64,000 bases of DNA from Eledone cirrhosa. Its lineage: Eukaryota. The DNA lies in assembly GCA_964016885.1 (NCBI GenBank), contig OZ024742.1, positions 141,794,001-141,858,000 of the forward strand, in the 5' to 3' direction. Each line of letters begins with the position of its first letter. Within the stretch, counting starts at the first letter, position 1. Below are positions 29,501-39,994 of the stretch, piece by piece. The notes below the pieces were generated by a model that had not been told where the DNA came from, ran no database searches, and worked only from the letters and a program-made list of their open reading frames with translations. The translations under genes were made by a program, and so were the position numbers.

Positions 29501-29938
29501 GGAGGTGCCGTCAGCCGGGCATGTCCGAGATGCGCACAGGGCGACGAAACCGTCCTGCACGCACTCGTCCAGTGTCCGAAAATTGCTGACTTGTGGGTTT
29601 ATGTCGAACACCTGCTGTCGCGTTTAGGACGGATCCGGCTATCATCTGAGTCCATCGTGAGGATTGCCCCGCCCTCCTCCTTTAGCCGGGAAGGGCAGGC
29701 AGTTTTTATCTGTCTGGTGGCCATGGCGAAAGAGATAGTATGGTGGACACGTTTGAAAGGGCTGAAGACGAGCACTTACCTCTTCGGTGATGCTCTGATT
29801 GACTTTTTCAAATTTCATTTGAAAAGGAAAATCAGAGTAGAGAGGGAAGTGCTCTCTTCCCAGCATTTTGTTGAAAGATGGGTGAGAGAAGCAAGAATGG
29901 CCCGAGTGAATGGGCCTACTCTGAGTATATATCTGTAA
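26521..29938 (+). pseudogene. Tx1-like ORF2 (APE endonuclease, reverse transcriptase, C-terminal zinc finger), disrupted
   Basis: APE motifs SINARGL, ISET, VYAP, LVGDWN, YTDH. RT motifs GKSPGLDGLP, NFRPITLLN, LDQSKSFDRVDH, VRQGCPLS, YADDV. Zinc finger CPRC...ETVLHALVQC. Frameshifts near 27765 and 28855; stops near 27966, 28743 and 28934. Confidence 0.92.
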
Positions 29939-30191
29939 ATTAAAGGTGGAAAACTGGGAAAGGGCATTTGTCTTGGTGGTCAGGGTCATTGTGGCTTTTT
30001 ACTGGGCTTTCTCCACAAATGTCCCTCCGAAGTCTCCCCCCTATTGGGGAATTTTTCATTGTTATTTTTTGTTACACCCTCTGTTTTTTTTGTTTTTTTA
30101 CACGCAGAAATGCCCATTTGTACCGTCCTGTATTGTCCTGTACTGTCCTTAATGTCTACTTTATGTAAACCCTTGTGGTTAATAAAGAAAA

Positions 30192-30232
<41 letters not shown>

Positions 30233-30420
30233 GGGCAGTGGATTGGCAGTATCGGTAGAGGATCGGACGCCATGCTTTCCAGCATAGTTACGTCCCTTTA
30301 CGATCTGAGTTCAAATCCCGCCAAGGTTGACTTTGCCTTTCATCCTTACGGGGTCGATAAAATAAAGTACCAGTAATGCACTGGGTAATTGCTGGCCTTG
30401 TGCCTAAAGTAGAAACAATT
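30233..30420 (+). mobile_element. Full-length tRNA-derived SINE with (ATT)n tail
   Basis: A box TGGCAGTATCGG, B box GAGTTCAAATCC, core gcctttcatccttacggggtcgataaaataaagtaccag, end tgtgcctaaagtagaaac plus (att)n. Confidence 0.9.
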
Positions 30421-30440
30421 ATTATTATTATTATTATTAT

Positions 30441-30484
<44 letters not shown>

Positions 30485-30489
<5 letters not shown>

Positions 30490-30645
30490 AACCAGTAAGA
30501 CCCCGACGGCTGAGCTCAAGCCGTTTCAACGGCTTGAGCTCAGCCGTCGGGGTCTTACTGGTTCCTATTACCCACTCTACTACCCTAAGTATTGAGTACT
30601 TTGGTGCGTTATGGTCCACCTGGTTCCTTACCACATTTCCTTCGT

Positions 30646-30646
<1 letters not shown>
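30485..30646. repeat. Perfect ~41-bp-arm palindrome plus module homologous to 13611-13804
   Basis: Arms at 30485-30525 and 30528-30568. The centre coincides with the GAAA of the half-HHR. Confidence 0.9.
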
Positions 30647-30678
<32 letters not shown>

Positions 30679-30801
30679 AGTAAGGCTGATTGGATGCGTC
30701 CATAGGCGGTATGCCGGTTGAGCACTCTATGCTCCTTCGGAGCAGAGTATAACAATATGGAAAAGGAAGAATCAGTGATGCATCGGAACACAATTTATTA
30801 C

Positions 30802-30890
30802 GTATTACAATTGTTTCTCCGGTGAACAGTTCGAGGTGCGATCTGTTTGTGGATCGAAACTGACTCTGGATTCGGAAGTTCCTCAGATAT
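30802..30890 (-). ncRNA. Hammerhead ribozyme motif with expanded helix II
   Basis: Minus strand: UAU-CUGAGGA-ACU-UCCG...CGGA-GAAA-CAAUUG-UA-AUAC. Palindromic ACAAUUGU; AAUAAA follows. Helix I is short. Confidence 0.55.
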
Positions 30891-31276
30891 ATCTAGTGAT
30901 TTCGAAGCAAATCCTCTTTAAAGAGGCGAGAATATATAGTGTTCTCGTCTCTGTAAATGAGGCGATAAATCTCTTTTGTATATGAAGCTGTATAAGTTGA
31001 CTCAACTTATAGTAGAATAGAATTAGAATTTAACTTCGAGCATAGCTGTATACAGATATGTATTCAAAATTCGTATTTCTAAAGAAATATGGTATGTTTA
31101 CAAATAAACAGTAAAAGAATAACATATTATATGCATGTATAATGTCCGAGACCCCCAGTAGACAACTGAAGAGAAGACCTATCCCTTGTTTGTGCTTTCC
31201 TTTTAATTATATATATATATATAAATATATAGTGACGAAACATAAGTCAATTTCATGAACTCATAATCCTTTATTT

Positions 31277-31332
31277 ACTGCTATATATATTTCGATGATA
31301 GCCATTGAATGGCTATGACCTCATCAGGCAGT
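31277..31332 (-). ncRNA. Type I hammerhead ribozyme motif
   Basis: Minus strand: ACUGC-CUGAUGA-GGU(C)AUAGCCAU-UCA-AUGGCUAU(C)AUC-GAAA-UAUAUA-UA-GCAGU, then AAAUAAA. Confidence 0.8.
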
Positions 31333-31376
31333 TAGTCAGTTCTTAGATATGCTAGCTCTGTGTTTATAGTGTTGAT

Positions 31377-31409
<33 letters not shown>

Positions 31410-31411
<2 letters not shown>

Positions 31412-33449
31412 ATGGAGTTCATATACTTTTGCATGTCGTTTGAGCCCTCCTGCTGATTTACATTCTCTACCAAGCATGATGAGTAGCATCTCCAACAGCA
31501 GCCTGGTAGTCAACCATTGGTCTTACTTTATGATTGTGAAGATTACTTTCGAGTCCAGCTTTGCTTAGGCAGAGTCTCGCATAGACGGTGCATGTCAGTA
31601 CCATAGGAGGACCCTCGCCGTCTGGAAGCGCAAGAGCAATGCCCTTCCTCATATCCCGTTTTACTTTCTCGTATGCGATTCGAGATACCTCAAAGGCAAC
31701 TTTTCCTTCATATACAGTCTTTCTCCATTTATTACGATCAGCAGCAATATTTTCCCATGTATCAGCAAAGATGTTAGCGTCTTTCAAAGAGGCTTTCAAG
31801 GAATCCTTATACCTCTTTTTTGGTTTATGTGGCGGTCGTTTTCCTTTAACTAACTCTCCATAAAAGAGTTGTTTTGGTATTCTAGAATCCTTCATCCTGG
31901 AAAGGTGACCACTCCAACGGAGTCGTTGCTTAAGCACAAGAGCTTCTATACTGTCACACATAGAGCTTTCCAAAATCTCGACATCACTTATGTGGTCCCT
32001 CCAGTGAACGCCATGGATCCGTCTGAGACACATCTGATGGAAACGCTCCAATTGCTTAAGGTGGTGTTGATATGTGACCCAGGTATCGCAGGCATAAAGA
32101 AGAGAAGAGAGCACACATGCCTTGTACACCTTTACCTTTGTCTTCTTGCATATGTCTCGCCGACCCCAGTGTCGCCTTTCTAGCTTTCCGAAAGCATCAC
32201 TTGCTTTCCTAATCCTAAGTGAGATTTCACTATCAAGGTTGCTGTATCGATTGACAGTGCTTCCCAGGTAGACAAACTGATCAACCACTCCAATTCGTTT
32301 ACCATACACATAGATAGTTGGTTCACTGTACTGCTTACCAGGGGCAGGTTGGTACATGACGACGGTTTTCTTGAGACTGACAGTCAATCCTAGGGCAGTG
32401 CAAGCGTCAGAAAATGCATTCAAAATGTGCTGCATATCACTCTCTGTGTGCGCTACAAGATCGCAATCATCTGCATACAAGAGGTCTCTTATGCTTCATG
32501 TAAATACTTTTGTCTTTGCAGCAAAGCGCCTGATGTTAAATATGCTGTCTGAGGTTCGATATCGGATGTAAACACCATGCTCGCAATTCCTGAATGCAAT
32601 ACAGAAAACTATTGCAAAGTATATGGCAAACAGGGTCGGTGCTGGAATATCCCCCTGTTTCACTCCATTTTGTACTGAGATAGGCTCCGACATGTTACCT
32701 CTGACATTAACCCAAGCCTTCATGTCGTCATGGAAAGACCTAACTAAAGCAAGGAACTTATCAGGGCAACCAAGTTTCTGGAGAACCTTCCATAATGCAT
32801 TTCTGTTAATAGTGTCGAAAGCTTTTGTCAGATCGACAAAAACCTGATACAGATCCAAACCTTGTTCTATGCACTTCTCCTGGTGCTGTATAGCTGAGAA
32901 GATCATATCAGTAGTGCCGCGTCCAGCACGAAAACCAGATTGACTTTCAGGAAGAACACAATCTGCAATGTGTGTCAGCAGACGGTCCAGAAGCACCCTA
33001 CATAAAACTTTCCCTACGACAGAAAGCAATCATATACCTCTGAGGTTCCCACAATCATTCCTGTTACCCTTTCTCTTGTACAAGACCACCATTACTGCAT
33101 CTCTCCAGTCCTCAGGTACGGATTCATTAGCCCATATCCTGCCAAACAAAGAGTGAAGATGTTGCAGGAGTCTCTCACCACCATATTGTAGGAGCTCAGC
33201 ATGTATGCCATCCATACCTGGAGACCTTCCACTGTTCAGCTTCGAGATAGCCACTGCAACCTCTACAAGCGTCGGAGGTTCTGCGAGAGCTACTTTCACA
33301 GGACTTTCTGGAATGAGATTGAAGAAATCTTCACTGACGACAGACGGCTGATTCAAAAGATCATCAAAGTGCTCTCGCCACCTTCGTAGAATTCCTTGTG
33401 AGTCACGAAGAAGTTCTTTGCCATCCTTGCTACGAAGCGGTGTCACCAG
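31410..33449 (-). mobile_element. 5'-truncated RTE-clade LINE (RT and C-terminus) with a few stops
   Basis: RWREHFDDLLN, SPGMDGIHAELL, ESQSGFRAGRGTTDMIF, FVDLTKAFD, GVKQG, YADD, FVYLGS, RLRWSGHLSRM. ORFs 33030..33497, 32496..33029 and 31467..32480. Confidence 0.92.
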
Positions 33450-33938
33450 ATATATATATATATATATATATATACATACATGCATATATACATGCATATG
33501 ATATTTTATTCTTTTACTTGTTTTACTCTTTAGACTGCACCACCTTCATTTAGTCAATCATACCAACAGACACAGACACACACAAACATATATATATGGA
33601 GTGGGGTTCATATATTGAATCACGATGATTCTGCCTGAAAATGTCCTATTCACACGTTAATGTACGAGTCGAGCTTTCATTTGATCGAACGAATGAATGT
33701 TCGATCTCGAAGTAGACGGATTATCCATTGTTATCATCATACCAACCACTCCAGCAACTCAGTAAGAACTTTATAGTAGCCTCAGAGCCTCGCAGGTAAC
33801 CCCAAGCAGTAGTGAAACTCTAAGTAGTTTATCTACTACATGATTGATTAGATAGGTAGTTGTTCACTTGCGATATAATATTTAGTAATGTAGTCGTTTC
33901 TGATATATATTGCTATCTTACCACCAATATATACGTGA

Positions 33939-34102
33939 TCACTGCAGGATTTAAGCATAAATTAAACAAACAACGGCTCATGGCCTCGCAATCCGCAGGG
34001 TCTAAAATATCGATTTCCATTTTTGTGATTTTTCGATTTTTTTCACACGAGACCACTGAGCTTTATATAGCTTAGAGCCTCATAATGTCTTAATCCGGCA
34101 CT
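33939..34102. mobile_element. Possible short non-autonomous DNA transposon
   Basis: Left cactgcaggatttaagcata weakly pairs with right taatgtcttaatccggcact. Confidence 0.3.
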
Positions 34103-34339
34103 ACATATGACATACATTCCAACAATGTCTGTACGAATTACATCAATTGCCGCAGAAAATTTCAGTATCAGGGGAGTAAACAAACATACTATGACCTATA
34201 TCGTATATAAGTTTTATTATTTCGTGTGAATATATTCCCCTTATTTATCAAATCATTCAAAGAGCGATGTGTTAAACCAACTGAAGCAAAATGTAGACAC
34301 CCTACGCCTGATGTTTTTAAACTGTCGTCGCGAAATTAA

Positions 34340-34558
34340 CCCTGTAAATAGCAAATTGCCTAAAGCTGTCCTCGATTCTACGATGCAAAACTACCTTAAA
34401 TAGTTATCTAAATACCTTCCACCATTTATTTAGAATCTTTGTTAAGTTATGCATTAAACACCAGCTTTTAATAATGGTTAAGTTATTTACATTACAAAAT
34501 CCCTGCAGATTCTTGATTACCGTCTCTGTATTTCATTAGAAATACAATAACAAAAGGG
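34340..34558. mobile_element. Possible piggyBac-type MITE remnant
   Basis: TTAA-CCCT ... AGGG-TTAA termini; the rest of the TIR is poorly matched. Confidence 0.35.
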
Positions 34559-34819
34559 TTAAGTTATATCTGACTATTTCTTGAAAACATTTAGTTGTAA
34601 AGTATATTTTAGATCTGAAAATTGCATACTATTAGACATGTGAGTGCGGAAACATGATACGCTATCTAATTGTTTACTTATTAATTTCGTTACTTTCATA
34701 TTGCCAACGAAATTTGATTAGTGAAGGTGTTAGGAAAAAAATTAATTAAAAAAAGTGTCGCTCGTGCAAAACGTTTGGAGAGCTTTGCCTTAAACTATTA
34801 TTTGCACTAACGTAATAAT

Positions 34820-35120
34820 TGTTTCTACTTTTGGCACAAGCCCAGCAATTACCCAGTACATTACTGGTACTTTATTTTATCGACCCCGTATGGATGAAAA
34901 GCAAAGTTAACCTCGGCGGGATTTGAACTCAGATCATAAAGGGACGTAACTATGCTGGAAAGCATGTCCGAGCCTCTACCGATACTGCCAATTCACCGCA
35001 CTAACGTAATAATTGCTTCTACTTTAGGCACAAGGCCAGCAATTACCCAGTGCATTACTGGTACTTTATTTTATCGACCTCGTAAGGATGAAAGGCTAAG
35101 TCAACCTCGGCGGGATTTGA
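34820..35120 (-). mobile_element. Head-to-tail SINE pair (one full, one 5'-truncated) sharing a triplicated target site
   Basis: actaacgtaataat at 34806-34819, 35000-35013 and 35121-35134 brackets both copies. Confidence 0.88.
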
Positions 35121-35521
35121 ACTAACGTAATAATGATTTTATGTGTGTGTCTGTGTTTATTACCCATCACACAGCAGTTCAACAAAAAAGACATCGATAA
35201 AATACGTACCAGACTTTAAAAAATTAAGTACTGGGGTCCATATATTCCCCTGAATCAAGATGGTGCTTCGGCATGGTTACAGCCAAATGAATTAAGCCAG
35301 TATATATATATATATATATATATAAACTTTTCCTAAGTTCAGTTTTTTTCGTCGCTATGGTAATGCGGCCCGACTATCGGTCGCTGTATTTGATTTGCAA
35401 AGCTGTCTAAACGTAATGTTATAACTCTGGGGTAATATTCTCCATTGAGTGCTTAGCTGCACACCGAATCTGCATTCGTTAGCTTGGCTGCTGCAAAAAG
35501 CTTCGTTGATGCTATACTAAA

Positions 35522-35581
<60 letters not shown>

Positions 35582-35583
<2 letters not shown>

Positions 35584-35925
35584 TGTTATATTTGGGGAGG
35601 GTCATATTTGCGTAATATTGCCAGAATTAATAACAGATGTGCAACGAAAGATTTATGTAAATTATGTAAACTATATATATGTGTTTGTGTCTATATTGTA
35701 TCTGTATTATTTTTGACCGCCGGTCAGTCAATGGCAACATTGAGGACCGAGTAAGTTAGATCGCAGATATAAAAGACAGCGAGAAGCGAAAACCAACCAA
35801 AAAGTGAGTGTGTTCTGTTATTAATTCTGGCAATATTACGCAAATATGACCCTCCCCAAATATAACAATATCTGTTTCGACACACGATTTCATATAAAAA
35901 ACCTCGCTAAACTAATTCATCGCCG

Positions 35926-35930
<5 letters not shown>
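35582..35930. repeat. (TA)n-flanked module with ~54-bp inverted duplication, related to the 10508-10960 family
   Basis: ttgttatatttggggagggtcatatttgcg...aataacaga and its reverse complement. The right end atgaccctccccaaatataacaatatctgtttcgacacacgatttca matches 10875-10921. Confidence 0.8.
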
Positions 35931-35972
<42 letters not shown>

Positions 35973-36008
35973 AATGTTTAATGTATAACAAACAATACAG
36001 TATAATTA

Positions 36009-36076
36009 CCTCATTACCAGAGGTTTCCCGAATAAGACGAATTCTAGAAATGTCCGCATTCGTTAATCAGACAAGG
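36009..36076 (-). ncRNA. Hammerhead ribozyme motif with one core substitution
   Basis: Minus strand: CCUUGU-CUGAUUA-ACGAAU...AUUCGG-GAAA-CCUCUGG-UA-AUGAGG. Confidence 0.55.
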
Positions 36077-36396
36077 CAATTTAAAACATAGCGAAATATT
36101 TGAAAAATCTCCTCAAGGAAGGCAAAAGTTTAACGGGCAAAAAAATAATAAATAAAAGTAATAATACAAGAGATGTATAAAAAATAAAAATAAAGAAATA
36201 TAGTAAGGGGATGTCTATAAATGTGTGTAAATGCACATACATATGTACATGTGTGTGTATGTACAAATGCATGTGTATAGTGAAAAAATGTGTGCGTAAG
36301 TACATACCTGAGGGCAAACATATTAGTGTATGTGTGACCACAAATACATATATATATATATATAGTTATGTAATAAACAACATAAGATAATTATTT

Positions 36397-36450
36397 CATT
36401 TACCAGTGGTTTCTTGAAAGCAAACAAATCTGCTTTCAGTCGTCAGAATG
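36397..36450 (-). ncRNA. Type I hammerhead ribozyme motif, core intact
   Basis: Minus strand: CAUU-CUGACGA-C-UGAAAGCAGA-UUUG-UUUGCUUUCA-A-GAAA-CCACUGG-UA-AAUG. 10-bp helix II, GUA triplet. Confidence 0.8.
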
Positions 36451-36539
36451 GAAAAATCCTGGTGTTTTTAAAGGAATTGTAAGATAATGGAGTTAGAGTA
36501 CATACAGACTCAGGGACTATATATACACATACAAGTATG

Positions 36540-37230
36540 AAAGTCTTGGTCAGGTGTTTGATAGCAGCTACCAGTGGTTGTGGACTTTTGGCTAACTGTA
36601 AATCCCTGATAATGGATTACTATCAAAGACCTTCTGGTAGTCCAGCCACACCACAGAAAATGTCCCGCAATTCGTCAGTTTTTTCTTGAATCATCTTGTT
36701 AATAAGTAGCTGCTCCATACATACTTCCTTTATGAAGGGACAGCATTGTGATAGCTGAGGCATATATCAAAACGTTTAAGGATTTCGAAGATTGTTTTCA
36801 TACCTATGCACTGTGTGACCTTCAGATAATTACCTGCTACTTCATTTTCTTCCCCAGTTCTAATTTAGAGGTGTGTTTTCTAATACTGATATTGTATAGC
36901 TTATCGCTCAAATTAAGGTTATGGGCCTGTTGAAACATATCATCCCAGATCACTTGTAAGGAGTTCACAGTTGTTTGGTTTTCTCTTTGTACCGTTGGTA
37001 CAGTAGAGGTATGGATTTCAGGTAAGTTGTTTGTCTACTGCTCTATTTAGCTGCCCATTCCGTATATCCAGCAATGGACGTTGGATCGTTATCTTCAGTG
37101 GCCAGCCTTGTAGTGCCAGTCTGTTCATTTATCATGTAGTTCGGTTAAATGTATCAGTTGATATCTAATGATACGTTTTGCTTGTTCATTTAAATGTTTG
37201 GAGGGAAAGTTTAGTTCTGTGTGTTTGAAG
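36540..37230 (-). mobile_element. Old R4/Dong-like RT fragment
   Basis: Minus-strand remnants RPIT, EQLLINKMI and VVWLDYQKVFDS, across frameshifts, parallel the motifs of the 54-57.8 kb element. Confidence 0.6.
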
Positions 37231-37810
37231 TTTCACAGATGTTTTAACCATTGCATAAAACCGAATATTTAGGAGTCAGATTGTCTATATGTTTCATATA
37301 AATGTTTAAGATTGTAGCTCTGTTGAATAAAACGATTGTAGTTAAGATTTAGGTGAAGGAGATATAATTTTATATATACACTATTATTTGTATTACATTT
37401 TAAATAGATTTGTGAAACATAAATTTAAAGCTTTCACAACTTGAGTGATTTTAAAAACTTTTGATAAAGTCTTGCAAAATTAAATTAAACATTTTTCACA
37501 GATTGGGTAATCTTTCCTTCTTGATTGTTAATCCTACAATTGCATTTAAACACACATATCTAAAGTTATGAGGAGAAATGTTTCGAAATATTACTTTGTT
37601 TATTTCTTCGTGTTGTGTAAAGTTCCAACACCGTATTTGTTTATACAAATTCGTTGCAATATACGTAATGTTTAAACACTTATGTAGACATATTTGTATG
37701 TTGCTGTTATATAAGCAGTAATTACATACGTTCGAATATCTTATTAACCACAACGGTCAGCATTTTATATATATGTATGTAAGTATGTACATATGTATGT
37801 ATGTATTATA

Positions 37811-38442
37811 GTCAGGTCACCAGTTGGTGCTACTGGTAACATGTATTCCAGTACAACCTGTCCCATGGTCGGGTCGTTGGCGACTAAACTGGCAACCTCA
37901 CCAAGGTTTCTTGGTGAGGAGGGTGTCTTTGGACATCCTGCAGGACTAAAAACAAAACCTGTCAATGGGAAAAGGAGCTCTTAAGAGGTCAATGGTCATC
38001 CAAAATCACCGGGAGAGATGACCCCTTAGCCTTTGTCAAGGCAGAATTCTAGGAGAAGGAAAACTCTGATATAACACCTGCAACCCTGATGGTATCCAAT
38101 GATGTTGACTTGTTCTTCTTTTTGGTAAATATCATCTTGGTTAAGAGAGTGGGACTGGCTTTGTGCAGTGCCTTTGCTCACTATAAAAGCTTCACGGCAC
38201 AGGCATTGCTTTATATCTGGAGATCTCTCTGCACTTGTCGTCACATGGTACCATGGGCCCAGCACTAAGTGTCAATAATTGTCACAAGTGTAGTGTTTGT
38301 ACCAGAGTTTTCAAGTCGCTGGCTGGACTAAAAAGTCACACTCGTTCAGCGCATCGGTAGGAGTTCTCCTACATGGATATAAAGTAGTGGCCGTACTCGA
38401 AAACGAGATGGCAGCCACCATGTATGTATGTATGTATGTATG

Positions 38443-38476
<34 letters not shown>

Positions 38477-39380
38477 TCATCTTGGTTAAGAGAGTGGGAC
38501 TGGCTTTGTGCAGTGCCTTTGCTCACTATAAAAGCTTCACGGCACAGGCATTGCTTTATATCTGGAGATCTCTCTGCACTTGTCGTCACATGGTACCATG
38601 GACCCAGCATTATGTGTCAATAATTGTCACAAGTGTAGTGTTTGTACCAGAGTTTTCAAGTCGCTGGCTGGACTAAAAAGTCACACTCGTTCAGTAGGGG
38701 TTCTCCTACATGGATATAAAGTAGTGGCCGTACTCGAAAACGAGTTGGCAGCCACCATGTATGTATGTATGTCAGGTCACCAGTTGGTGCTACTGGTAAC
38801 ATGTATCCCAGTACAACCTGTCCCATGGTCGGGTCGTTGGCGACTAAACTGGCAACCCCACCAAGGTTTCTTGGTGAGGAGGGTGACTTTGGACATCCTG
38901 CAGGACTAAAAACAAAACCTGTCAAAGGGCAAAGGAGCTCAATGGTCATCCAAAGAGTCAATGGTCATCCAGAATCACCGGGAGAGATGACCCCTTAGCC
39001 TTTGTCAAGGCAGAATTCTAGAAGAAGGAAAACTCTGATATAACACCTGCAACCCTGATGGTATCCAATGATGTTGACTTGTTCTTCTTTTTAGTAAATA
39101 TCATCTTGGTTAAGAGAGTGGGACTGGCTTTGTGCAGTGCCTTTGCTCACTATAAAAGCTTCACGGCACAGGCATTGCTTTATATCTGGAGATCTCTCTG
39201 CACTTGTCGTCACGTGGTACCATGCGCCCAGCACTATGTGTCAATAATTATCAGAAGTGTAGTGTTAGTACCAGAGTTTTCAAGTCGCTGGCTGGACTAA
39301 AAAGTCACACTCGTTCAGTAGGGGTTCTCCTACATGGATATAAAGTAGTGGCCGTACTCGAAAACGAGTTGGCAGCCACC
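37811..39380 (+). mobile_element. Tandem cluster of a ~610-bp non-autonomous RTE-derived element
   Basis: Full copies at 37811-38419 and 38771-39380, and a 3' part at 38470-38756, separated by (ATGT)n. The 3' part encodes CSVCTRVFKSLAGLKSHTRSAH and ends ggccgtactcgaaaacgag.tggcagccacc, like the RTE tail. Confidence 0.85.
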
Positions 39381-39393
39381 ATGTATGTATGTA

Positions 39394-39656
39394 TGAAAGT
39401 CATCTTCGCAGTCATAAAGTAAGACCAGTGGTTGACTACCAGGCTGCTGTTGCAGATGCTACTCATCATGCTTGCCAAGCATGTGGTAGTGAATGTAAAT
39501 CAGCAGGAGGGTTCAAACGACTTGCAAAAGTACACGAACTCCAACCACAGCCGGCTATTCCCAGTGAATGTTTTGGTTGCCGACTCTGTGCAAGACATTT
39601 TAGATCATTGGCTGGGCTAAAAAATCCACATTCGATCGCAGCGCTGTTAATTGCTA

Positions 39657-39729
<73 letters not shown>

Positions 39730-39762
39730 CGTGTGTGTGTATATATATATATGTATATTATT

Positions 39763-39858
<96 letters not shown>

Positions 39859-39946
39859 ATTATTATTATTATTGTTATTATTATGTATGGGTTTTTTTCT
39901 CGTGAAATGGCCATACTCGATAACGAGGGGGCAGCCATCATCATCA
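39394..39946 (+). mobile_element. RTE 3' end with (GT)n and (TTG)n expansions in the 3' UTR
   Basis: ESHLRSHKVRPVVDYQAAV...CQACGSECKSAGG...CRLCARHFRSLAGLK matches the C-terminus of the 31.4-33.4 kb RTE. Tail ggccatactcgataacgagggggcagccatcatc. Confidence 0.85.
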
Positions 39947-39956
39947 TGTATGTATG

Positions 39957-39990
<34 letters not shown>

Positions 39991-39994
39991 TGTA

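Larger units (their letters stand above)
24162..30192 (+). mobile_element. Near full-length Tx1/L1-group LINE inserted in (TTA)n
   Basis: 5' UTR, ORF1 with zinc knuckle, ORF2 with APE-RT-CCHC, and 3' UTR ending aataaagaaaaca. (TTA)n lies on both sides (24118-24161 and 30193-30232). Much more GC-rich than the flanks. Confidence 0.92.

Noticed and set aside
30233-30320. tRNA gene suggested by A/B boxes
   Set aside because: It continues into the repeated SINE body and tail and has no full cloverleaf; it is a SINE head.
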